51,772 bases of DNA from a virus (taxonomy: Duplodnaviria; Caudoviricetes). The DNA lies in IMG/VR virus record IMGVR_UViG_3300044834_000093, positions 1-51,772 of that record; one strand, given 5' to 3'. Made by a program: the position numbers and the translations under genes. Under the pieces are notes generated by a model, which was given only the letters and a program-made list of their open reading frames with translations, was not told where the DNA came from and did no database searches. Of this stretch, positions 15,508 through 25,399 are shown piece by piece (the stretch's first letter is position 1; each line of letters opens with the position of its first letter).

Positions 15508-17304
15508 TTATACAAAATATGTTATGGAATGTCGCACCCATGTAGAACCAGCAGTTAGAGTGCTCCACGTAACGGCAGAGAATCCGGTGTTTGACGCAAC
15601 AACCCAATAGACAATTTTTGTTTCTCCTACTTCTACGACTCCGTGACTACCTGGATTTAAGATATCAGTAATAAGGGATGCCGAATGCCCCGCTACCCCA
15701 CATGTGAATGGCAGGCCAGTTACTGCAACTTGACCAACACCACCAGAGCCTTTGGAATTCAGCGCAAGGATAATGCTTACACTTACTAGCCTTCCGATCT
15801 TGGTATATGTGCCAACCTGCGTTGTGTAAGTCACGCCAGTCGGCGCTGTGGTCAGCGCCGTGAGCGCAGGGGTAAACGTGCCTTCCTTGTAGTCATCTAA
15901 CGTATTAGCATCAGCCGAGGCGTTCTGTGTGGCCGGGAATGGAATTTGCCCATTACCTATTTCGCCGCGGACATAAGCCGTGGTTGCAATCTGCGTAGTA
16001 TTCGTAAGCGCCGCTGCAGTTGGTGCAGCTGGCGTTCCTGTAAAAGTCGGGGAAGCAAGTGGCGCTTTTAAATTATCAGCCGTAGTAACAAAGGCGGTAG
16101 TAGCTAGCTGCGTTGTGCTGGTCGCAGCCGCCGCAGTTGGCGCGGCTGGTGTTCCGGTAAAAGTCGGAGAAGCGAGCGGTGCTTTTAGATTATCTGCCGT
16201 AGTAACAAACTCCGTCGTCGCTATTTGAGTTGTGTTTGTATTTGGTGCCGCAGTAGGCGCTAGTGGCGTTCCAGTAAAGACCGGGAAGGCAAGATAAGCT
16301 TTCAAGTCCAGCGCGGCCTGCTGCGCCGTTGACACTGGCTTGTCGGTGTCCGCAGTATTATCGACGTTGCCAAGGCCAACGTCGCCCTTCACCAATGCCA
16401 GCAAAGTCTTAAAGGCGGCGTAAGTCTTCTGCTTGATCAGCTTGCCGGTAGTACCGTTGAAGATCGCGGGAAGATCGTCGGTGACGGAAGCGGGGCCGAC
16501 CACATCACCCGCGCCGGTCGGTGTGGACCATATTCCGTCCCCGCGCCAATATGTTGCGGATGTCGCGCCGGTTCCCGAGCCGAGGTTCGCAACCGGTAGA
16601 TTCCCGGTGACGCCATTCGCAAGGTTAACCTGCGCCCAGGCCGGGTTGTTGCTTGCCCCCGTGTTGGATAGATACCGGGTCGCGTTGGCATCCTTGGCCA
16701 GCGCGGAAAGCGTGTTGGCGGCCGAGCCGTAGAGCAACTCGCCTTGCGCCAGCGTGGAGAGCCCGGTGCCGCCATAGGCAATTCCGACAACACTGCCGTT
16801 CCATACGGCGGCTCCTGAGAAGGTGCCGCCTATGAAGGTGCCGCCTGTGAGCGTCTTTCCGGTGAGTGTGATCGCCGCCGGCAGCGAGAGCGTCGGATTG
16901 CCAGCCACGCCGCCGCCATCGGCGACCGAGATTTCGTTTGCGGTGCCTGAAATTGTGCGTTGTGCCCAAGTGTCGGCTGCGGTACGCGTGGCAAAGCCGG
17001 TGCTGCCAAGCGCCGCAATGGCCGCAAGATCGGCATCTTTAGCGGCATACCGGGCATCGCCGGTTTGCAGGTTAAGTGCATCTAGGGCAACGGTAGGGTC
17101 AGCAAGATTGGTGATCTTGTAACCACCCCAATTTATATTGGCAGTTGGGGAGGCTTGGCCGTCACGGTACAGGGCCAGCGACAAGGCTGCGGCGATGTCT
17201 GCCAACGATTCATCTTGCCGCACGGCCAGGATTTTCAGACCGTTGTTACGATCTGTCACCCACGAATACAGTGGCGAAAACGTGCCGGAGCCGTTGAGGG
17301 GCAT
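15508..17304 (-). CDS. Tail fibre protein
   Basis: Head-binding N-terminus (KITNLADP), APLASPTFTGTP.APT repeats, LDDYKEGTFTP...G.YTKIGRLV C-terminus. Confidence 0.9.
   Translation of the reverse strand: MPLNGSGTFSPLYSWVTDRNNGLKILAVRQDESLADIAAALSLALYRDGQASPTANINWGGYKITNLADPTVALDALNLQTGDARYAAKDADLAAIAALGSTGFATRTAADTWAQRTISGTANEISVADGGGVAGNPTLSLPAAITLTGKTLTGGTFIGGTFSGAAVWNGSVVGIAYGGTGLSTLAQGELLYGSAANTLSALAKDANATRYLSNTGASNNPAWAQVNLANGVTGNLPVANLGSGTGATSATYWRGDGIWSTPTGAGDVVGPASVTDDLPAIFNGTTGKLIKQKTYAAFKTLLALVKGDVGLGNVDNTADTDKPVSTAQQAALDLKAYLAFPVFTGTPLAPTAAPNTNTTQIATTEFVTTADNLKAPLASPTFTGTPAAPTAAAATSTTQLATTAFVTTADNLKAPLASPTFTGTPAAPTAAALTNTTQIATTAYVRGEIGNGQIPFPATQNASADANTLDDYKEGTFTPALTALTTAPTGVTYTTQVGTYTKIGRLVSVSIILALNSKGSGGVGQVAVTGLPFTCGVAGHSASLITDILNPGSHGVVEVGETKIVYWVVASNTGFSAVTWSTLTAGSTWVRHSITYFV
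15975..16305 (-). repeat. Three tandem 117-bp (39-aa) tail-fibre repeats
   Basis: KAPLASPTFTGTPAAPTAA..T.TTQ.ATT.FV units; boundaries approximate. Confidence 0.85.
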
Positions 17305-17324
17305 GTCTTATTGTCCTAGAATGC

Positions 17325-17349
17325 AAAAACCCGCCGGGGAGGGCGGGTC
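17325..17349 (-). terminator. Intrinsic terminator upstream of the tail fibre gene
   Basis: ACCCGCC-ctcccc-GGCGGGT-TTTT on the minus strand. Confidence 0.65.
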
Positions 17350-17352
17350 TGG

Positions 17353-17526
17353 ATGCGAAAACTTCTCTGTACGTTTGTGGCTATCGCGCTGATGGCCACA
17401 GGGGCGGCCTACACGTTTATTACGATCCCAAATTTTGAATTTGTGCCGGGGCGGATGTTCATCATCGGGCCATTCGTAACGCTGGCCGGATTCTTAACCT
17501 TCGCCTCGGAATGGTTTGATCTATAG
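17353..17526 (+). CDS. 57-aa 2-TM protein, candidate superinfection exclusion factor (below ORF-track cutoff)
   Basis: MRKLLCTFVAIALMATGAAYTFITIPNFEFVPGRMFIIGPFVTLAGFLTFASEWFDL; GGAGG upstream; fills the intergenic gap. Confidence 0.65.
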   Translation: MRKLLCTFVAIALMATGAAYTFITIPNFEFVPGRMFIIGPFVTLAGFLTFASEWFDL

Positions 17527-18840
17527 GCCGGAGTATGCCCCGGCCCTTGGATTTATGGTGACTTGCGGTCGCCGTTTGTCCAACTGATCGGCCATCAGCA
17601 CGCGGACAAGAGCCTCAATGCTTGTAGGAACCTCACGCGGCGCTGCCGCTAGCTTTTCCTGGTACAAAGGCGAGCGTCTACGCACCATTTCATCAAGAAT
17701 GTTCGCCTGCTTCTGAGTTGATTTCTCCGCAAGCATTTTTGCGAGAACTCCGATTGTTGGAGAAGCCACGGCTGCAACACCGCCACCAATCGGACCGCCC
17801 GCTGCCGTTCCAGCCACACCAGCCGCAACCGATGCTGGCCAACCCGTCATAGGATGAGACAGGGCAAGCTTGCTTAGCAGGCGTGCGGCATTCCCAGTGC
17901 GCGTACCTGCAACAATCTTCTCCATTTGAGCAATTTCATCGGCGGTATAGCCCCTCGTTCCGTTCTTAGAATCGAGAATGGAACTGATCTTCTGCCGAAG
18001 CGCATTGTCGACATTAGCGCCGCTTCCTGCCTTTTGTGCCTGCCGTTCTGCCCTTGAAAATCGAGTGCCTATATCCTCTGCCCTAAAACCTGCGGCAGAG
18101 TTGGCGCGGGCCGTTGCTAGTTCTGGCGACAATGGCGACAGCGTGTCGTCAACAATACCAATGGCACGGCGCGAGGCATCGCTTTCAGCATAATCCTTGC
18201 CTGCAACACGAAAAGCACGCCGCATGGCTTCGATATTGTTGACACCAACAGGCCCAAGAGATTCGCCTTCCTTTAAGGCTGGCGGCGTCATTTCCTTAAC
18301 AACACCAAATGTCCTTGGAGCCGTCGCCGGGAGATACCCTTGATCGGTTAGTTCATTACCGATCTTCGACTGCATCGCAGCGATTGCTTCCGGCGGAACC
18401 GTCACGCCAGATTCCCGCGCCGCATTGTATCCGCGTGATGCCGCTGCCTCTAATTCCTGCTGGGTTGGTGCCGCCACTTTGCGAGGGCGCATACCGAACA
18501 CAGGCGGGGCAGGACTTGAAGGCGTGAATACCATAGCCGCTTCTGCGGCGGGTCCAATCATGGCTTCTGTGGCTTCGCGCGAACCGGCGGGGGCCGATTG
18601 CGCGGCCTCTATGGCGCGCTGCGGTATGCCAGCAATCTCTCGAACGGATCGCTCGGGCCAGGTCTGATAACGTGACCCACCGATGCCCAGGAGCTGATCC
18701 ACAGCGCCACGGCCCGCCATTGGCGCACTCGCGCCAGCAAGACGCTGGGCGGGCGCATCGTCAAGCACAAAGCCGGGTGGTAACTGCGGGGGCGCGGCTG
18801 TTTGCTGATCGATGACAAAGCCTGGAGGGAGTTGGCTCAT
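17521..18840 (-). CDS. Internal virion/DNA ejection protein
   Basis: LPPGFV.D repeats, Ala-rich helical, C-terminal glycine-rich hydrophobic hairpin, position. Confidence 0.7.
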   Translation of the reverse strand: MSQLPPGFVIDQQTAAPPQLPPGFVLDDAPAQRLAGASAPMAGRGAVDQLLGIGGSRYQTWPERSVREIAGIPQRAIEAAQSAPAGSREATEAMIGPAAEAAMVFTPSSPAPPVFGMRPRKVAAPTQQELEAAASRGYNAARESGVTVPPEAIAAMQSKIGNELTDQGYLPATAPRTFGVVKEMTPPALKEGESLGPVGVNNIEAMRRAFRVAGKDYAESDASRRAIGIVDDTLSPLSPELATARANSAAGFRAEDIGTRFSRAERQAQKAGSGANVDNALRQKISSILDSKNGTRGYTADEIAQMEKIVAGTRTGNAARLLSKLALSHPMTGWPASVAAGVAGTAAGGPIGGGVAAVASPTIGVLAKMLAEKSTQKQANILDEMVRRRSPLYQEKLAAAPREVPTSIEALVRVLMADQLDKRRPQVTINPRAGAYSGL

Positions 18841-21269
18841 TGCACGGGTGCCCACTGGCCGCCACGATAAATAAGCTTTTCGCCGGTCTGCGGATTGGTT
18901 GCCGTCATGCCATCGGAGATTTTAGGAGTTGATTGCGGTCCAGCTCCGGGACTCTGCGCCTGGGGTGGTTTCTCAGGGAACAGCCGGTTAGCATCGGAAA
19001 AGTCGGCCAATTCCTGATAGAAACCATCATTGAGACGACCGTGCGTCTTAACGTATTGCTGCCGCAGGCGCTCTATTTCGAGCGAACGGCTCGCTACCTT
19101 CTTCAGATAGCCGCCAATCTCTCTGTTGCCTTCGGGCGTGCGCTCAAGGCCGGGCGGGATCGATTGCAGAAACTCGCGATCCTTATCCGACATAGCACCA
19201 GGCATGCCAGCGCCGCCGCTTGGATTGCGTAGTTCAAGAGCAAACTGATTTTGAATCGAGCGCACCGCCTCTGGCCCTGACAGGTCGCCAACATCTATAC
19301 CGATGGTCTTGGCATAGCGCTTGGCGTCAAGAATGAGGCCAGCGCCAGCGCCAGTCGCGATGTTGGGATCGGACAGTATTTGCCCGAGCCGGTCGAGCGT
19401 TGCGATTTTGTTTCTGGCGCTCGCTGCATTCTTCGGAATCTCATGGTTCAGCTCAGCGAACGATTTTGAATTGAACTCGTCGTATTTCGTTTCGCCGCGC
19501 TGATCAATGCTAACTTTGGATGACCCGGCCTGCTTAATGGAAGTTTGGTACTGCATGAACGGCATAGGCTGCTTTCCAGCGGCTCGCTCCTGTTCGCTGT
19601 ACATCTGATATTCGCGTATGTCGTTGGTGTCCTGCGACTTTGGATATTTTCGGACTAGATTGCCGCGATCATCAAGAATTCCAACCTCATTGCCGAAGTC
19701 GTGCGGCTTAACCTCTGGCGGCTTGGCATACTGCTGATAAAGCTGCATGCCATACTGACGGGTTTTTGGATTGGCAAGCAACGACCTGATCTGCGCTACT
19801 ACTTCTGGTGGGATGGCCCTTGTCTGTTTGCTCGTATCAGGGGAGCCCATCTGCTGCATCTGTGCCATCTGCACCGGAGGCTGAGCAGATTGCGCTCCAC
19901 CCTGTTGCATCGGCGGTAATGGAGGCTCACCCTGCGGCATACCTCCCATGCTGGCGAGCCTAACAGGAGCATTGATGGCCTGCTCTGGTTGGGGCGGCGG
20001 CATCGGTTGTGCGCCGTCCTGCGGGATGTCTTGCGGGCGCGGGCGAGGCAGCGGAACAGAACCGTCAGCCATCTGCGGCTGCTGTACTGCACCGCCACCC
20101 TGATTGAACCATTGTGCCTCTTGCTGACGACGCGAGGCTAGACCCGGCAACGTCTGCCCACCCGCCTTGTTGTATTGCATGAGGCGCTGCTGTGCGCCCT
20201 GCCAGTCGCCAGAGCGGACAAGTTCGCCAAGGCCAGACCGTGACCACTTATCGCCAGCATTGTACGTTAGCGATGTAAGTGCCGCACGCGGCCCCTCCGG
20301 TGCATTTGGCGCAACCCTATCGACAATACCAGCCGCCTTTGTGAGTTCCGTTGCGAGACGGCGCTCACCTTCGGCACGGTCAATGACTTCTCCGGGGTGG
20401 GTTGCGCGTGTGCCGTAACCGACGCTGTTTTGCTTATAATCCCATGCGGCTTTTGGCGTCCATCCTTCAAACTTTTTGATCGCGTCGATGTATTGCTGCG
20501 GTAGCGCGCCGCCTACGTTCGGAATGCTGCCTGGCGGGCGTGGTGCTACCATGCCATCCGACGCCATGACGGGACGGGCTGATGCAAGCTCTGGCGTCTC
20601 ACCTGGAAGCGCGCCTGCAAGCGCACGCTGATTGGGGCGCGGCAATGGCGTTGGCGCAATCGCGGACTTGGCCTGATTGATGATTTCATGGCTGCCAAGC
20701 GGATCGGTGCGGCGTGGCTGTGGTGCTCTCGCAAGCGCTGCGGCCAAGGCTTCGCGGCCAAATATTTGCGGGTCTTGCGAACCGGGGCCAGCCTCATTTT
20801 GCGGGGCCAAGGCTGCGAGCTGCGCACCGCTTAGCCCCGATTGCTGTTCAGGAACGCCACCGCCGGCTTGCGGTGCGGGTGCAGGAGGGGGTGGCGCTAC
20901 AGGTGACGCCTCAGAAGAAGACGGCGGTGCCATTGGCGGCATTGGTGCAGCAGCAGGCGATACCCCGGAAGTACCAAGCCCCGGCAAGTTTTGGAGCGCC
21001 CGCGTTGTCGCAGCGTTCGACGCCTGCTCGCCCGCAATCATCTTTTGCGCCAGCAACCCGCCCATCAGCCCGTTAGCGAGCCGTCCATAGCCCTGCCACT
21101 TAGATTGAACGGGTGAGGTGTTGCCAGCGTCCTGCATATACTGCTGGGCAAGTGCCTTCTGGAATTGGGTGGCAAGATCACCTTGGCCTTCCTCGCCTTG
21201 ATGGGCGCGAAGCGCGAGCAACATCGCCAGTGGATTTTCATTTGCGCCCGGAGCGAATTGGATAGCCAT
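18837..21269 (-). CDS. Ejection protein with GH24 lysozyme domain
   Basis: IKKFEG......WD.....VGYG, ALTSLTYNAG and LPGLASRR..E...F within Pro/Gln-rich linkers. Confidence 0.85.
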   Translation of the reverse strand: MAIQFAPGANENPLAMLLALRAHQGEEGQGDLATQFQKALAQQYMQDAGNTSPVQSKWQGYGRLANGLMGGLLAQKMIAGEQASNAATTRALQNLPGLGTSGVSPAAAPMPPMAPPSSSEASPVAPPPPAPAPQAGGGVPEQQSGLSGAQLAALAPQNEAGPGSQDPQIFGREALAAALARAPQPRRTDPLGSHEIINQAKSAIAPTPLPRPNQRALAGALPGETPELASARPVMASDGMVAPRPPGSIPNVGGALPQQYIDAIKKFEGWTPKAAWDYKQNSVGYGTRATHPGEVIDRAEGERRLATELTKAAGIVDRVAPNAPEGPRAALTSLTYNAGDKWSRSGLGELVRSGDWQGAQQRLMQYNKAGGQTLPGLASRRQQEAQWFNQGGGAVQQPQMADGSVPLPRPRPQDIPQDGAQPMPPPQPEQAINAPVRLASMGGMPQGEPPLPPMQQGGAQSAQPPVQMAQMQQMGSPDTSKQTRAIPPEVVAQIRSLLANPKTRQYGMQLYQQYAKPPEVKPHDFGNEVGILDDRGNLVRKYPKSQDTNDIREYQMYSEQERAAGKQPMPFMQYQTSIKQAGSSKVSIDQRGETKYDEFNSKSFAELNHEIPKNAASARNKIATLDRLGQILSDPNIATGAGAGLILDAKRYAKTIGIDVGDLSGPEAVRSIQNQFALELRNPSGGAGMPGAMSDKDREFLQSIPPGLERTPEGNREIGGYLKKVASRSLEIERLRQQYVKTHGRLNDGFYQELADFSDANRLFPEKPPQAQSPGAGPQSTPKISDGMTATNPQTGEKLIYRGGQWAPVQ

Positions 21270-22627
21270 CAGACCGGCTCCGTCGCTAGATCGTAGCGGA
21301 CTTGCTTGTATCCGCTCTCATGCGTGGAAACGGCCTCCGGGTGAACCTTCTCAACTTGATCGGCCATAAATCCGATGCGAGGCGTTGGATCACCCCTGTA
21401 GTTGTATGAAAATATCGGCAGGCCGCCGCGTTTCTTGTCGCTCTTGCCAACCTGCTCGATATTCTCTTTCAGCCGCTCGTCAGAGAACAGCGCGGGTAAT
21501 GCACTAAGGAGCGATGAGCCAAGACCGAACATGCCGCCCATTGCAGCGTTATTGGCCTGATTTTCCATCTGTGCGCTTTGGTAAATATATTGTCCGACTG
21601 GCGTATCCGCAACATGCCCGGCTTGAAATGGCTGGAACTGCGGAAGGGTCGGCTGGCTGCCGTTCAAAAGCGCAGAGATTTCGCTGATTGGCTGATTGCG
21701 GAGCGCTATCTCTTCCTGCAACGCCTGCTGCCGCAAGGTTTGCTGATTGGCAGTTTCCGTATTCGCTAGATCGAAGCGCTGCGAACTTACTTGATTCGCA
21801 TGGTCTGCCGCGCGCAATCTATCCGTAGCGCTCTGTTGCTGCGCCTGGTTAAAGAACTGCTTGCTGCCAACATCCTGCGTATAACCCTGCTGCTGAGCCG
21901 CATTGGCGAACTGGCCTTGCGCTTGACCCATACCGAACAATCGGGATTGCTCTTGCCCCCCGGCCAGCACGGCTTGCATACGCAGATCGTTGATTTGCCT
22001 GTTCTGCGCGTCAAACGCATTGTTGTACGCGCTAGACCCTTGCGTTACGCCCTGATTTGCCAGCTTTGTTTCCATCGTGGCGCGGTCGCGATCTGTCTGC
22101 GGATTAAGCCGTGAAAATAGCGCGTTTACGACCTTGTCACGGTCCGCTGAGAAATCGTTAGCTCCGATGCTTGTCTGGATCGGTCCTGCGTTGATATTTT
22201 TTTGATAATCCGGCGTCAGGCCACTGGCTGTTTGCAGCCCCGGCGCATTCCGCGCGTTCCTTACAGAATCTGGAAGCTTGTTCTCGTTGATGGTTGTATT
22301 TAAAAGATCACCGATCTTTTTCGACTGCGTAAGCGCCGTTTCTCCGAGCTGGGTTCCGGTTGATTCTTGAAGGTTCAATAATCTCTGTTGATCGTCCGAT
22401 AGTTTTTGCTGCACACTCCAGGTAGGGATTTTATAATCCTGCCCGCCATTAGGACCAGGGACATGTATTGTCTTCTCGCCGGTCTTGTTATACGTGGTTG
22501 AACCAAGCGGACCATAGGTATCGGCATTGCCCATATAGCTGTTGGCAATAGCTGTGCCGATGTCGGCGGCGGTCTGCGCCTGAGCTACTTTGTATGGGTC
22601 TGGAGTGTTAGGTGTTTTGCTGCTCAT
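21269..22627 (-). CDS. Ejection protein with C-terminal S74-like (intramolecular chaperone) domain
   Basis: Gln/Ala-rich; SDERLKENI...GFMADQVEKVHPEAV...GYKQVRY. Confidence 0.8.
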   Translation of the reverse strand: MSSKTPNTPDPYKVAQAQTAADIGTAIANSYMGNADTYGPLGSTTYNKTGEKTIHVPGPNGGQDYKIPTWSVQQKLSDDQQRLLNLQESTGTQLGETALTQSKKIGDLLNTTINENKLPDSVRNARNAPGLQTASGLTPDYQKNINAGPIQTSIGANDFSADRDKVVNALFSRLNPQTDRDRATMETKLANQGVTQGSSAYNNAFDAQNRQINDLRMQAVLAGGQEQSRLFGMGQAQGQFANAAQQQGYTQDVGSKQFFNQAQQQSATDRLRAADHANQVSSQRFDLANTETANQQTLRQQALQEEIALRNQPISEISALLNGSQPTLPQFQPFQAGHVADTPVGQYIYQSAQMENQANNAAMGGMFGLGSSLLSALPALFSDERLKENIEQVGKSDKKRGGLPIFSYNYRGDPTPRIGFMADQVEKVHPEAVSTHESGYKQVRYDLATEPV

Positions 22628-23145
22628 GCTCCGGCCTTCCGTAGCCACTTACACTCTTCGCGGAGCATGCCATACACCATCGCGTCTTCTCGCCCGTTGA
22701 ATCTCTTACGCAAAACACCCTCAAGCTTGAATCCCAAGCCCTCATCAATTCTGCGGGCTGGTTTATTTTTTCTTCCGGTAATTGTCGTCATGCGGATGCA
22801 GTTGAAGAATACGAATGGAAACGAAAACATCGCTCGCAATGTGGATGGCCTACACCAGTCTGATGCATCGAACGCCGCAGACATTTCAACATCGATCATC
22901 TTCCCCTGGCATTGAGTGAATTTACTGAACACAACGCCGCCAACCAGATTGGCCTTGCGAATAACGCCTATCGAGGCATACGGTAAAATGCCAGTCACGA
23001 GATGACGCTCGCCAAAACTCTCACCGCTCATATGCGGGATGCGCTCAGCGACAAATTTGGCCACCATCTCGTCGGCCTTGTAGAGTATGGACCCGATCAT
23101 AAAAGGCTCGTCCGGCTGTGTGATCTGCACAGCCGCCACGCTCAC
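22624..23145 (-). CDS. GNAT-fold acetyltransferase-like virion assembly protein
   Basis: N..A......LGFKLEGVLR...DAMVYGML. Confidence 0.8.
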   Translation of the reverse strand: MSVAAVQITQPDEPFMIGSILYKADEMVAKFVAERIPHMSGESFGERHLVTGILPYASIGVIRKANLVGGVVFSKFTQCQGKMIDVEMSAAFDASDWCRPSTLRAMFSFPFVFFNCIRMTTITGRKNKPARRIDEGLGFKLEGVLRKRFNGREDAMVYGMLREECKWLRKAGA

Positions 23146-24689
23146 TGCGCTCTCCCAATCTCAAATTGAATATCCGTCTTGTTCCACGTCAGTTGCGTGG
23201 TTACTGAAGACGCAAGGCACATTGAGGCGTGTGTGCCGTAGCCGGTGACTGGACGCCATTGCCTCGTTACCGCCTGCGATGCGCCCCAATCGTTTTCATC
23301 CCATGGAGTAGTATCCCAAGGAGGACCAATAGAGGTGAAAGCAGTCGGGGTGAAACTCGGCAAAGCGCTGTCGAAATCCGTCAGTATCTTGATCTGCGGA
23401 ACGTAACCCTCTGGCCCCGTCAGGGTTGCACGGGCAGATTTGTAGGTTTTATTCTCCACCATGCCGAAATCGTTGAACGCCTGACAGGCCAGCGCAGTCA
23501 CCGGATCGCCGTCATCGTCGTAAACGCCAACCCCGCCATATTGATAAGTCTTGCCGTCTATGCCGCCGAATTGAAGCACATCGCCCTTCAGACCGAAGCA
23601 ATTGGCGTTGATGCCTTTCCACCTGCACCACTTCTTCGTTTGCAAGTTCATGACGAATTGGTACTGCTCGGCGCGCTCCCTGATAGGAACATTTACGATC
23701 AAAAGATGCTCTTTTGGATATTCCAGAACTTGCCAGCCAAATCTCGTTCCTGTCGCACGGTAAGCGTCACGGAACGCGCCGGTGATCTTGTTGGTGATCG
23801 ATAACGCATCCCGTCCCGCGCTGCTCTGGCTAAGAAACTGCGGAAGCGGTAGAACTCCCTGCGAACTCAAATAACAAAGGTCCGCACCTAGCTTGATAAA
23901 ACAGCGTCTGCCGATAGGCTCCGGGGCGTCGAAAACACCCTTGAGCGACCATGTGCTAATGTCGCTCGGGTCGGTCCCTTGGTAGATGAGGATTTGCCCC
24001 TTGCTAGTGACCCACACGGCAAGGTCATCCATTCCCATGCCGCCGTCATACGACCATGACGCCATTGCAATAAGCTCACCACCTTTGTCGCATAGTGGGC
24101 CAAAATCAATTTCCGATGCTGCCCCGGCAATCGACAGGACCGGCAAATACCAGGCTTTCATAGTAGACGCCTGCACGTACCATAAGCGGCGTTGATGCGC
24201 GCACACATTGATCAGCGTCGAAGGCAGGACTCCCGTTATTGCTGCCGATGTCCAGGTTGTGCCGTCATAATTGCGGACAGCATCGGCTCCGTTGCAGCAA
24301 ACAAGCCACGTTCCCGCCGGGGTGGCGAACATCGTGTGTTGCCAGCGACCGTTTGTAAGTCCCGTAACGACCGCAGCCCCAACCGCAGCAGTAGAACTTG
24401 CGTCATAAATATTATTCGGCAGCGCCGCGAACATTTTGGGATTAGCACCAGCGGCGCTATACTCCATCATGCTCTCGACAAAATTGCCTGACATACCGGT
24501 GGCGGACGGCGCATATCCACGGCGCTGCTGAAGCCCTAGATCGTCTGGAATCCAATTGTCCAGCAACCAAGCTTCGTCAGGCTCCATTTCCGACAGCATG
24601 TCGCGGGCGTTCCAACCCCCGGTCGGAGCTATCACACTGCGGGTTATCACACGGCCCGATCCGACCGCGCCCCTGCCGCCCCTTGCCAT
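23142..24689 (-). CDS. Head-closure/tail nozzle protein (P22 gp10-like)
   Basis: APTGGWNARD, LLDNWIP, beta-propeller-like composition, position after the adaptor. Confidence 0.7.
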   Translation of the reverse strand: MARGGRGAVGSGRVITRSVIAPTGGWNARDMLSEMEPDEAWLLDNWIPDDLGLQQRRGYAPSATGMSGNFVESMMEYSAAGANPKMFAALPNNIYDASSTAAVGAAVVTGLTNGRWQHTMFATPAGTWLVCCNGADAVRNYDGTTWTSAAITGVLPSTLINVCAHQRRLWYVQASTMKAWYLPVLSIAGAASEIDFGPLCDKGGELIAMASWSYDGGMGMDDLAVWVTSKGQILIYQGTDPSDISTWSLKGVFDAPEPIGRRCFIKLGADLCYLSSQGVLPLPQFLSQSSAGRDALSITNKITGAFRDAYRATGTRFGWQVLEYPKEHLLIVNVPIRERAEQYQFVMNLQTKKWCRWKGINANCFGLKGDVLQFGGIDGKTYQYGGVGVYDDDGDPVTALACQAFNDFGMVENKTYKSARATLTGPEGYVPQIKILTDFDSALPSFTPTAFTSIGPPWDTTPWDENDWGASQAVTRQWRPVTGYGTHASMCLASSVTTQLTWNKTDIQFEIGRAQ

Positions 24690-24693
24690 GAGG

Positions 24694-25398
24694 TTAGACG
24701 CCGACCGTGCCGGGATAAGCGAGCGTCACTCCGCTAGGCATACGAGCGCGCCCAACATGAAGAATGCGCGAGCCTTTGTCGCGCGCCACCTCCTGCCCCA
24801 TCGCCATGTTGAAGTCTGACAACTCCTGCTGATAATCGAGGCCGTTTTGACTGCGCCACTTGAATTGCAGGCACGAAGTCAATAGACGCTCATTCAGCAT
24901 AAATGCATCACTATCGAGCGTGAACGCGGTTTTATTGTCGCCGGACGCCGGATCGACAATCAGGTTTGATTGATAGTAAAATTTAATACTGGTGCTGGCC
25001 GCCACGGCGGGCTTGACGTTGATTGTGCCACCGATAATAAACCAAGCACCTGCCGTACCCGCCACAGATGTAAGCCCCAAAGCCAGCCATTGATCGGTGT
25101 CCTCAACCCGAGCCAACGGCGCTGCCGTACTAGTAAGAAACACGGAAGAATTAACCGGCATGCGGTCGAAGTCAGCAGGCAGGGAGAAGGCCGTTGTGGC
25201 CCCATCCCCCGCCTGGGTCTTCAGCGTCGTGAGCTTCCGCCAATCATGCGCCTTGGCAATGATCTGGGCGCACTCGTTTGCAAGATTGCAAAGCTGAATT
25301 TCCTGCTGGTCAGTTGACGTAAACAGCGTCGTTGGGGCTGGGTGAATCCCCATCGACGGCAATCTGCATGCGTTCTGAACAGCCGACAAAACCGTCAT
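24694..25398 (-). CDS. Head-tail adaptor protein
   Basis: W..L......G....FSLPADFDR pattern, position. Confidence 0.7.
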   Translation of the reverse strand: MTVLSAVQNACRLPSMGIHPAPTTLFTSTDQQEIQLCNLANECAQIIAKAHDWRKLTTLKTQAGDGATTAFSLPADFDRMPVNSSVFLTSTAAPLARVEDTDQWLALGLTSVAGTAGAWFIIGGTINVKPAVAASTSIKFYYQSNLIVDPASGDNKTAFTLDSDAFMLNERLLTSCLQFKWRSQNGLDYQQELSDFNMAMGQEVARDKGSRILHVGRARMPSGVTLAYPGTVGV

Positions 25399-25399
25399 T

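Noticed and set aside
15508-17304. Diversity-generating retroelement or invertible tail-fibre system
   Set aside because: No RT or invertase and no template copy of the C-terminus seen; the repeats are ordinary fibre repeats
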